A stretch of 42,964 nt of DNA. It comes from Treponema sp. GTDB lineage: Bacteria > Spirochaetota > Spirochaetia > Treponematales > Treponemataceae. The stretch covers positions 1 to 42,964 of the forward strand of contig JAFPCT010000087.1 in the NCBI GenBank assembly GCA_017390125.1, given 5' to 3'. The notes under the pieces were generated by a model. It worked only from the letters and a program-made list of their open reading frames with translations. It did no database searches and had not been told where the DNA came from. Shown here one piece after another: positions 8,295 to 16,316 of the stretch. Position 1 is the stretch's first letter; each line of letters opens with the position of its first letter. Both the position numbers and the translations under genes were made by a program.

Positions 8295-10647
8295 CCAAGT
8301 TCACCTTTCCAAAATCAGGCTCAGGAATTCCCAGAAGCTTTCTTACGTCAGAAATCGTCTTAGGTCCGTAATAGCCCGCTGCCTTTGCACAGTCCATATC
8401 CAGCTTGAAATCCGGTATGCCGTGCTTAAAAAACTTTTCTATGTCAAACTGCGGCATATTGACTACGCCGTAGAAATGCTGCTTTCCTTTTCCCGTTACT
8501 TCAAATTCAACAGGAATCTGCTCAACTACAATTTCGTACTTGAGGTTTTCCGGTTTAATGAACCAGCCGTTCTTCTCGCACCGGATGTATTTTTTTGCAA
8601 GTATGTCGTAGGTATCCTGAGTAATGAGGATGTCCGTTCCGCAAAGCTTGTTCGAGGCTTCTGTTCGGCTTGCAAAGTTTACTGCATCTCCGATTGAAGT
8701 GAATTCCATTTTGTGCTGAGAGCCCAGAAATCCTACTGTCGCGCGTCCGGAATTCAAGCCGGAACCGATTCTGATGTGAGGCTTGTATTTTGCATGAGGC
8801 TCGTTTTCGTGCTTTTTAGTAAATGCCTCTGCGTCCTTGTTGTATTTCATGAGCGAGTAGCGCATTGCAATACAGCAGGTAACGGCACGGATTGCGTCCT
8901 CACGGACATATTTGTCGTGGGCGGCTTTCTTTTCCTTGTAGTAAGGCATGTCCGGATCAAGCATTTCCCAGTCAAGGCTGCTGTTCCTCAAAACGCCCCA
9001 GCATGCCATGATTGCATCGCCTTCGAATTTATCAACAATACCGCCTGTAAGCTGAATGCAGGTTACCATGCGGCTCATGTAGTCGTTCAAAAATCCGATT
9101 ATCTCTGCGGCGCTCTTTTCGCCGAAACGGTTTTTGAATCCGTCTGAAATTGCAGTGAATCCGCGGATGTCACTGAAGAATATGGTTATGTCCTTAAGGT
9201 GAGGTGTAAAGTCAATCTGCTTCTTGATGATAGCTTCCGTTACGCCTTTGTTTGTAAGGGTGGTGAATGTGTTGAGAATTTCCCGTTCGTTCTTTGTACT
9301 TTTTGCAAGGACACCGATCTCGTCCTTTGACTTGTCATTAAGGATTCCGAAAAGTTCGGTGTTGAAATTTCCCTTGTTGATTTCGTTTACAACGACAGTA
9401 AGCTTTTTCAGGGCGACAGAAAGGCTCTGGGAGAAAAAGTAAACGACCATAAGCGTAAGGAAAAGAATTGCTGCAGAAATGTAAATGTTTCGGCGTGTGG
9501 TTCTTCTTACACCTTCGTAAATGATTGAAGTTTTTACAGTTGTGATTACGCCGCCGTTTCCTATCTTGATTTTTCGGAAGGCGCCGATGTATTCCTCGCC
9601 GTCTTTTTCGTTGTAGGTAATCTGGGCGTTGTTCTGGGTGCTTTTCTGCATTTCCTGCACGATTTTAAGGTTCTTGAAATTTTCACCTTTTGAAAGCAGG
9701 TTCAGGTCGCCGTGGACAAGAACTTCGCCCTCATTGTTTATGATGAATGACTGGTTCACCGTGCCCATGGAAAGAATCTCGCTTAGAGCATCGCTGGAAT
9801 AAAGGATGCCTATGGCAGTTTTCTTACCGTTCATCGTAAGCGGGTGGAATATTGCAAGGACAGGCTTTGAGAAGAAAGGACTTGCGTTCTCAAGCTCAAA
9901 GGTTCCGCTTTCTGCGCTCTGGAGCCTGTCGTTTTCCTGGCTGAAATATGCGTCTACAGAATCTCTGTCGATTGAATTTGAAATAAGGTATGCGGCGTTG
10001 TAGAAACGGCGGTCAGTAAGAGGCATGTACACTCCGATAATCTCTTTGTTGTGGTCAAAGAACATTGTCTCTGCCGCAATGATCTCTGTCTCGCTTTCGG
10101 TAGTATTTTTAAGAAGGTCAAGGAGCATTCCCATTGATGAGGAGATGTTTTTGATTCGGTTTTCAAAGTCACCGGCAGTACGGCTGTTCATTACAAGGTT
10201 GTTTTCTTCTGCGCTGATTTTTACGTCCTGTGAAACAAAGAAAGAAACAAGGTAGGTTACGGCTCCCAGTGCAACAATGAAAAGGAAAGAAATGATCAGG
10301 ATAAGCTTGCGTCCCAGCGGATTGGTTACCTTCAGATCCTTAGGTTCGTAGCGGTCGTAGCTGTTCTGCAGGCTGCTTCCAAATCCTGAATAAGATTCCT
10401 CCTGAGCAGCTTTTTTCTGCTTCTGTTTTTTCTTCATTTTTGCCTTTTTTGCGGCAATTTTTTTAAGGCGCTGCTCCTCTTTGAGGACGGCTTTTCTTGC
10501 CTTTTTTTCTTTTCTTGAATCAGTTTTATTTTCTGGCTTTACAGCGGCTGCAGTTTTTTTCGCGGGCGCAAAACTTCCGTAGCCGTATACCGAATCATTC
10601 TGTCGGTCTGGTGAGGTATTCTTTAGTTCGTTACTCTTATCTTCCAT
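8257..10647 (-). CDS. Membrane adenylate cyclase (class III) with periplasmic Cache-like sensor and HAMP domain
   Basis: Two TM helices flank a Cache-like region (SFIINNEGEVLVH). HAMP-like SKDEIGVLA. Catalytic FSDIRGFT, DKFEGDAIM and EFTSIGDAVNFASR; the K/T specificity residues favour ATP. Confidence 0.93.
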   Translation of the reverse strand: MEDKSNELKNTSPDRQNDSVYGYGSFAPAKKTAAAVKPENKTDSRKEKKARKAVLKEEQRLKKIAAKKAKMKKKQKQKKAAQEESYSGFGSSLQNSYDRYEPKDLKVTNPLGRKLILIISFLFIVALGAVTYLVSFFVSQDVKISAEENNLVMNSRTAGDFENRIKNISSSMGMLLDLLKNTTESETEIIAAETMFFDHNKEIIGVYMPLTDRRFYNAAYLISNSIDRDSVDAYFSQENDRLQSAESGTFELENASPFFSKPVLAIFHPLTMNGKKTAIGILYSSDALSEILSMGTVNQSFIINNEGEVLVHGDLNLLSKGENFKNLKIVQEMQKSTQNNAQITYNEKDGEEYIGAFRKIKIGNGGVITTVKTSIIYEGVRRTTRRNIYISAAILFLTLMVVYFFSQSLSVALKKLTVVVNEINKGNFNTELFGILNDKSKDEIGVLAKSTKNEREILNTFTTLTNKGVTEAIIKKQIDFTPHLKDITIFFSDIRGFTAISDGFKNRFGEKSAAEIIGFLNDYMSRMVTCIQLTGGIVDKFEGDAIMACWGVLRNSSLDWEMLDPDMPYYKEKKAAHDKYVREDAIRAVTCCIAMRYSLMKYNKDAEAFTKKHENEPHAKYKPHIRIGSGLNSGRATVGFLGSQHKMEFTSIGDAVNFASRTEASNKLCGTDILITQDTYDILAKKYIRCEKNGWFIKPENLKYEIVVEQIPVEFEVTGKGKQHFYGVVNMPQFDIEKFFKHGIPDFKLDMDCAKAAGYYGPKTISDVRKLLGIPEPDFGKVNLDEEENKIQVATS

Positions 10648-10834
10648 AATAATATCTGAAATAATAACTGCCTAATTTTAACATGAAATTTACTTAATAA
10701 CACACAATTTTACATTCCATTATCGGCAGAATTTCCTCAAAATATCAGTTTTATTTTGTAACTTTTTTTTATATTTTTTTTGTTTCTTTATTGAGCGGGG
10801 TAAGCGTTGGAAGTGCAACCTCAACAGCCAGCGT

Positions 10835-10919
10835 AAAAAACAGAGGACATGGGATGCATGAATTCTGAAAAAGGAACTGGTATACCCATGTCCTCTGTTT
10901 TTGCTTTCGCAAAAACAGA
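10835..10919 (-). terminator. Terminator-like long inverted repeat after purH, overlapped by an alternative GAAA-tetraloop hairpin
   Basis: 18 bp arms at 10836-10853 and 10885-10902, ending in U6 on the minus strand. The competing 11 bp stem is 10894-10904/10909-10919. Confidence 0.7.
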
Positions 10920-10926
10920 ATAACTT

Positions 10927-12102
10927 TTAATGGTGGAACAATCTGATGCCTGTAAAGGCCATGGCCATGTTGTAGCTATCGGCAGTTTCGATTACCTGGT
11001 CGTCGCGTACGCTTCCGCCTGGCTGAGCTACTACTGTAACACCAGACTTTCTTGCACGTTCGATGTTGTCTCCGAACGGGAAGAATGCATCGCTACCGAT
11101 TGCAACGTCAGTGTTCTTGTCCAACCAGGCGCGTTTTTCTTCGCGGGTGAAAACAGCCGGCTTAACTTTGAAAAGTTTCTGCCATTTTCCTTCTGCAAGA
11201 ACATCTTCGTATTCATCACCGATGTAAACGTCGATAGTGTTGTCCCGGTCAGCACGCTTGATTCCGTCAACAAACTGAAGTCCCAGAACCTGCGGGCTCT
11301 GGCGAAGCCACCAGTTGTCAGCTTTCTGTCCGGCAAGACGAGTACAGTGAACGCGGCTCTGCTGTCCGGCGCCAATACCGATTGCCTGACCGTCTTTAAC
11401 GTAGCAAACGCTGTTAGACTGAGTGTATTTAAGAACGATCAAAGAAATAACAAGGTTCATCTTGTCATCTTCGCTCATATTCTTGTTCTTTGTTACGATG
11501 TTGGAAAGGCAGCTTTCATCGATCTTAAGGAAGTTGTGTCCCTGTTCAAAAGTAACGCCGAAAACCTGTTTCTTTTCAAGGTCTGCAGGAACATAGTCAG
11601 GGTCAATCTGAATCACGCAGTAGTTGCCGTTCTTCTTAGCCTTCAAAATTTCAAGAGCCTTAGGGCTGTAGCCTGGAGCAACGATACCGTCAGAAACTTC
11701 CTTCTTGATCAAAAGGGCAGTTGCCTCATCACATTCACCGCTCAAAGCAATAAAGTCACCGAAAGATGACATGCGGTCAGCACCACGGGCACGGGCATAA
11801 GCACAAGCCATAGGAGTAAGCTCAACGCCGTCAGTAAAGTAAATCTGTTTCAAAGTGTCGCTCAAAGGCTTACCAACAGCAGCCCCGGCAGGACTTACAT
11901 GCTTAAAACTGGTTGCCGCCGGAAGACCGGTAGCTTCAGTAAGTTCCTTTACCAGCTGATATCCGTTAAAAGCATCCAAAAGATTGATGAATCCCGGTTT
12001 ACCGTTCAAAACAGTAATTGGCAAATCCTTTCCGTCTTCCATAAAAACCCGCGCCGGCTTCTGGTTCGGGTTGCATCCATATTTAAGTTGTAATTCGTTC
12101 AT
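10927..12102 (-). CDS. purH: AICAR formyltransferase (short PurH lacking the IMP cyclohydrolase domain)
   Basis: Starts at LKYGCNPNQ. Contains SFKHVSPAGAA, KYTQSNSV, GIGAGQQSRVHC, SDAFFPFGDN, QPGGSVRD and C-terminal RLFHH. Confidence 0.93.
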   Translation of the reverse strand: MNELQLKYGCNPNQKPARVFMEDGKDLPITVLNGKPGFINLLDAFNGYQLVKELTEATGLPAATSFKHVSPAGAAVGKPLSDTLKQIYFTDGVELTPMACAYARARGADRMSSFGDFIALSGECDEATALLIKKEVSDGIVAPGYSPKALEILKAKKNGNYCVIQIDPDYVPADLEKKQVFGVTFEQGHNFLKIDESCLSNIVTKNKNMSEDDKMNLVISLIVLKYTQSNSVCYVKDGQAIGIGAGQQSRVHCTRLAGQKADNWWLRQSPQVLGLQFVDGIKRADRDNTIDVYIGDEYEDVLAEGKWQKLFKVKPAVFTREEKRAWLDKNTDVAIGSDAFFPFGDNIERARKSGVTVVAQPGGSVRDDQVIETADSYNMAMAFTGIRLFHH

Positions 12103-12144
12103 GAGGATAGAATATCGTAAATGAGTAAAAAGATAAATATATTA

Positions 12145-12254
12145 AGGGGAAAGCCTTCCCCTGGGCTCAGCCCGGAGGTCTTCCCCCACCCCTTCCAGCG
12201 GGGACACCCCGCAACGCCCCGGTGGAAGGTTATAGTGACAATTTTTAACTATAA
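12145..12254. repeat. GC-rich multi-hairpin element (REP/MITE-like or structured ncRNA candidate)
   Basis: Stems AGGGGAA/TTCCCCT, GGGC/GCCC, CCTTCCA/TGGAAGG enclosing GCGGGG/CCCCGC, and TTATAGT/ACTATAA, all within very AT-rich intergenic DNA. Confidence 0.5.
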
Positions 12255-12314
12255 ACAAAAACTTAAAATATAACTTGCTTATAAATCATAATTTATATAT
12301 TAAAATATCTTCGT

Positions 12315-12479
12315 ATGAAAATTCATTATCCAGATTTAATCCTGCTTAACGCAAAAGATTCTGAATACGATGTTGTTACCGGGCTGGATACTGGTGCAGA
12401 TGATTATGTTGTCAAACCTTTTGGAATGATGGCTCTGGTTTCCAGAATCAAGGCTATTCTCCGGCGTTTGAGAATGTAA
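12315..12479 (+). pseudogene. Remnant of an OmpR/PhoB-family response regulator receiver domain (54 aa ORF)
   Basis: Translated by hand as MKIHYPDLILLNAKDSEYDVVTGLDTGADDYVVKPFGMMALVSRIKAILRRLRM*. GADDY.VKPF...L.SRIKAILRR is the receiver C-terminal signature. Confidence 0.85.
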
Positions 12480-12541
12480 AATTGACATTACGGATTGAAT
12501 CAATTCCCCACCGTCCCTAAAACCTGTATACTACGAAAGAT

Positions 12542-14497
12542 ATGAATATCCTTTCCATAAATAATGTTGCGAAGATCGGACGTGAAGAAAAACTGTTTGC
12601 CGGAGTCACTTTCGGCCTTAATGAAGGGGACAAGGCTGCCCTCATCGGACGTAACGGCACCGGAAAATCAACCCTGCTTTCGACAATCGCCGGGATTCTT
12701 CAGCCGGACGAAGGCTCCATAGTAATAAACAGGGAATCAGGGGTCTCCTTTTTGCCTCAGAATCCTGTTTTCAACCCAGAGGACACTATCCGTGACCACA
12801 TATTCAAAAGCTCTTCGCCGAAACTTGCAGTCATAAAGGAATTTCTTGAAATCTGCGACCGGCTTTCGGATCTTTCTGCAGCAGATTCAGTTCACCGCCG
12901 TTATGACGAGCTGAATGAAAAAATGGAAAAACAGGACTTATGGAATTATGAGGCACAGGTAAGCTCCGTGCTCTCAACGCTTGGGATTACAGACCTGAAC
13001 CGGACTATGGGAACTTTAAGCGGCGGAATGATAAAGAAAGTTGCCCTTGCCCAGGTTCTGGTAGAAGATACAAAACTTCTGCTCCTTGACGAGCCTACAA
13101 ACCATCTGGACATTACAACGATTACATGGCTTCAGAATTACCTTCATGACACGAAGCGAACTGTCCTCATGGTAACCCACGACCGCTACTTTCTTGATGC
13201 TGTCTGCAACAATATATTTGAGCTTTTCCGCAACAAAATAAAGCTGTACCAGGGAAATTATTCAACATATCTTGAAAAGAAAGATGTTGAGGCAGAAATT
13301 GAGCGCAATACTGACCGGCGTATAGAGAGCGTCCTGCGTTTTGAGAGGGACTGGCTCAGCCGTGGACCTTGTGCCCGGGGAACGAAGGCAAAGGCAAGAA
13401 TCCAGCGGGACATGCAGCTGATAAACCGCGAGAAATTCAAGGAAGACAAGGGATTTTCTTTTGAGGTTCAGGGCCGCAGGCTGGGGGGAAAGGTTCTTGA
13501 GCTCCACGGAATTTCAAAGAACTATCCAAAAAATCTCGCCGATGGAACAAAAAAAACTGTGCCGGTCATCTCGGACTTTTCATATACTTTTACAAAGGGA
13601 CAGAAAATCGGCATTTTCGGCGACAACGGCTCTGGAAAATCAACTTTCCTGAACATTGTTACCGGCAGGCTTCAGCCGGACGGCGGAACGGTTGTAATCG
13701 GCGAAAATACGTTCTTCGGTTACTACATGCAGAATCCGGAATTCAAGGACCTGTCCCTGCCGGTTCTGGATTATATAAAGGAAGCCGCTGAAAATGTTAC
13801 TAAAAATGACGGAAAGACCCTTACAGCCGGCCAGTTTCTGAATGAATTCGGGTTTGAGGGAAAGATTCTGCATTCTCCGCTTTCATCTTTGAGCGGCGGC
13901 GAGCGAAAACGACTTTTCCTCATCCGACTTCTTATGACAAACCCTAACTTCCTGATTCTGGATGAGCCGACAAACGACTTTGACATTTTTACGATGAACG
14001 TCCTTGAGCAGTTTTTGATGCAGTATCAGGGCTGTCTTCTTGTTGTAAGCCACGACCGTTATTTTATGGACAAGGTTGCGGACACTCTTTTTATCCTTGA
14101 GGAAGACGGAAATATAAGCGGTTTTGTAGGAAAATGCTCGGAATACCTTGAGCTGCGGGAAAAGCAGAAAAAAGAGCAGAAACTGGAACAAAAGCAGGAA
14201 CAAAAAAAAGAAGTAAAAACTGAGGCAAAAGAATCATCTGACGCGGCAGTGAGCGGCGGCGAAGGAACTAACGCCTGCTCTGCTGCTCCACGCAAGCGCA
14301 CATACAGGGAGCAGAAAGAATTTGAATCTCTGGAAGCAGAAATACTGGAGCTTGAGGACCAGAAATCCGCCCTTGAAGCCCAGATGTCTGCCGGCGAAAA
14401 AGTGGACTATGAGAACCTGTCCAAAGCCTACAACACACTGACCTCATCTCTGGAAGAAAAATACGGGAGGTGGGAGGAATTAGCTTCACTGTCGTGA
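12542..14497 (+). CDS. ABC-F family ATP-binding protein (Uup-like)
   Basis: Two ABC cassettes (GRNGTGKST, LSGG, LLLDEPTNHLD; GDNGSGKST, LSGGE, LILDEPTND), no TM segments and a C-terminal coiled coil. Confidence 0.93.
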   Translation: MNILSINNVAKIGREEKLFAGVTFGLNEGDKAALIGRNGTGKSTLLSTIAGILQPDEGSIVINRESGVSFLPQNPVFNPEDTIRDHIFKSSSPKLAVIKEFLEICDRLSDLSAADSVHRRYDELNEKMEKQDLWNYEAQVSSVLSTLGITDLNRTMGTLSGGMIKKVALAQVLVEDTKLLLLDEPTNHLDITTITWLQNYLHDTKRTVLMVTHDRYFLDAVCNNIFELFRNKIKLYQGNYSTYLEKKDVEAEIERNTDRRIESVLRFERDWLSRGPCARGTKAKARIQRDMQLINREKFKEDKGFSFEVQGRRLGGKVLELHGISKNYPKNLADGTKKTVPVISDFSYTFTKGQKIGIFGDNGSGKSTFLNIVTGRLQPDGGTVVIGENTFFGYYMQNPEFKDLSLPVLDYIKEAAENVTKNDGKTLTAGQFLNEFGFEGKILHSPLSSLSGGERKRLFLIRLLMTNPNFLILDEPTNDFDIFTMNVLEQFLMQYQGCLLVVSHDRYFMDKVADTLFILEEDGNISGFVGKCSEYLELREKQKKEQKLEQKQEQKKEVKTEAKESSDAAVSGGEGTNACSAAPRKRTYREQKEFESLEAEILELEDQKSALEAQMSAGEKVDYENLSKAYNTLTSSLEEKYGRWEELASLS

Positions 14498-14606
14498 ATC
14501 TAATTCTTCAATCAATCAGAAAGCTGCGCCAGCTCGCTTATCTCAGGGAGGAATTAGCTTCACTGTCGTGAATCTAATTCTTCAATCAATCAGAAAGCTG
14601 TGCCAG
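14472..14606 (+). repeat. 61 bp direct repeat (14472-14532 and 14546-14606, one mismatch) duplicating the ABC-F 3' end; each copy contains a palindrome
   Basis: GGGAGGAATTAGCTTCACTGTCGTGAATCTAATTCTTCAATCAATCAGAAAGCTGYGCCAG occurs twice, separated by 13 nt. Confidence 0.95.
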
Positions 14607-14875
14607 GGATCAGAGTCGTCCTTTCTGTAGGAGCCTTAGCAGCGATGGTAACAAACCGAAAGAACAGTGGGAAACTATGACCGCACGAAAGTCCTTACTG
14701 CTATGCTCCGCGCCATTATGCAAACTACCGTGCAAGAAAATATCTCCATCCGTTGTTTGCTAAATACGGTGTAAGCGTTGTATTTGGAGGACATATTCAC
14801 ATCTAAAACCATCCGAAGGCAAAGGCCGGCAAGGGAAAACTGCTTGAAGAAGAGTTCATGGTAGCTGCTAAATAA
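14607..14875 (+). pseudogene. Decayed metallophosphoesterase (calcineurin-like/purple acid phosphatase-type) relic
   Basis: Fragments VVLSVG[D]LSSDGNKP.EQWE (needs a 1 nt insertion to restore GD) and HESPYCY...RKYLHPLFAKYGVSVVFGGHIHI* (14684-14806), continuing in frame to 14875. Confidence 0.7.
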
Positions 14876-14951
14876 CGCCTGACCTTGACTGACAGCCGGC
14901 AGCCTGCTGTGGATTGGCGAGAGGGCTGCAATCTGCTATTATTATTCCATT

Positions 14952-16301
14952 ATGAATATAAAATCGCAGAAAGCAGCTCTTTCGGGACACATTCAGGTTC
15001 CCGGCTCAAAAAGCCATACAATCCGTGCCCTGCTTTTTTCTTCTCTGGCAGTAGGCACTTCACATATCAGAAACCCTCTTGGAGGCGCAGACTGCGTTTC
15101 TTCAAGCAAGGCCGTTCCGCTTTTCGGTGCAAAAGTAGACATTTCAAATCCCAAGGACTGGGTTGTGGTCGGCGCCGGAAAAAATGCCCACCTTCCAAGC
15201 GATGTAGTAAACGTCGGGGATTCAGGTTCACTTTTATATTTCATGTCGCCGGTTGCCGCAACTTTTGAAGGCTGGACAGTTTTTACAGGGGACCAGTCAA
15301 TCCGCACCCGCCCTGTACTTCACGTTGTTGATGCATTGAAGCAGATGGGTGCCGAAGCATACATTTCCCGCCCGGAAAAAAATGCTCCTCCGCTTATAAT
15401 CAAAGGCCCTGTAAAGGACGGAAGCACCATCGTTACAGACGGACGGCTCAGCCAGTACATCAGCGGAATAATGATGGCCGCAAGCCGCCTGAACGGAACT
15501 ACGAACATTGAGCTTACAGATCCAAAGGAAACTCCGTTCCTTAACATGACCCGCCTTTGGCTTGAAGAAATGGGCGTAAAACTTGAAATAAGCGAAGACT
15601 ACAAGCACATAAAGGTTCACGGCCCGGTTCAGATGAAGGCCTTTGACAAGGTGATTCCCAGCGACTGGGAAGCCGTTGCATTCCCGCTGGTTGCCGCCCT
15701 CATTACGGACAGCCAGATTACCATCGACAACGTGGACAATTCCGGAAGCCAGGGAGACATGGCGATTGTGGATGTTCTTAAAACTCTTGGCGCAGACATA
15801 AAGGATGACGGAAAGGGTAACCTGATTGTAAAGGGAAGCCGCCTTTCCGCAGAGCACCTTCCGAACAAGGAGCTTCACGTAAATCTTTCCGGTTACCCTG
15901 ATGCAATCTGCGCCCTTGCAGTTGCCGGCTGTTTTACGGAAGGAAGCATTGTAATCGAAGACATCGGTGTATGCCGCAAAAAGGAAACGGACCGAATTGA
16001 AGTAATGCAGAAGGAGCTTGAAAAGCTTGGTGCAAAAGTAGAGACCGGTCCGGACTGGCTCAAGGTTACAGGCCATTCACCGGTAAAAGCAGACGGTTCT
16101 GCAAATCCTGAATGGAAAATCCACGGCGGAGAAGTTGAAAGCTACGACGACCACCGGGTTGCAATGAGCCTTGCCTGCCTTGGCCTTGGACTTCCTGAAG
16201 GGGAATCAGTTGTGGTAAAAGACGCTGAATGCTGTTCAGTTTCTTTCCCGGATTTCTATAACATAATGAACGGAATTAACGCTGGATTTAAAAATCTGTA
16301 G
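14952..16301 (+). CDS. aroA: 3-phosphoshikimate 1-carboxyvinyltransferase (EPSP synthase)
   Basis: VPGSKSHTIRA, SQYISG, KETDRI, DDHRVAM and SFPDF motifs. Confidence 0.96.
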   Translation: MNIKSQKAALSGHIQVPGSKSHTIRALLFSSLAVGTSHIRNPLGGADCVSSSKAVPLFGAKVDISNPKDWVVVGAGKNAHLPSDVVNVGDSGSLLYFMSPVAATFEGWTVFTGDQSIRTRPVLHVVDALKQMGAEAYISRPEKNAPPLIIKGPVKDGSTIVTDGRLSQYISGIMMAASRLNGTTNIELTDPKETPFLNMTRLWLEEMGVKLEISEDYKHIKVHGPVQMKAFDKVIPSDWEAVAFPLVAALITDSQITIDNVDNSGSQGDMAIVDVLKTLGADIKDDGKGNLIVKGSRLSAEHLPNKELHVNLSGYPDAICALAVAGCFTEGSIVIEDIGVCRKKETDRIEVMQKELEKLGAKVETGPDWLKVTGHSPVKADGSANPEWKIHGGEVESYDDHRVAMSLACLGLGLPEGESVVVKDAECCSVSFPDFYNIMNGINAGFKNL

Positions 16302-16316
16302 GCGGTCGGACTTGAA

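Noticed and set aside
10930-11769. 279 aa plus-strand ORF antisense to purH, and other short antisense ORFs in the track
   Set aside because: These are codon-register shadows of real genes, with no motifs or ribosome-binding sites.
12145-12254. ZMP/ZTP (pfl) riboswitch upstream of purH
   Set aside because: The position is suggestive and CCACCGGGG occurs on the minus strand. However, I cannot find the conserved GACUG.CG and 3' CG.CUGGGC pseudoknot elements, and purH seems to have a promoter directly at its ATG, downstream of the element. An Rfam scan would settle it.
14472-14606. Mini CRISPR array
   Set aside because: There are only two copies, the identical part is 61 nt with a 13 nt unique spacer, it overlaps a gene end, and no cas genes are present.
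3422-14806. TAA reassigned to Tyr (two TAA codons at expected Tyr positions, 3422-3424 and 14804-14806)
   Set aside because: Both lie in otherwise damaged relics, and many intact genes here end properly at TAA.
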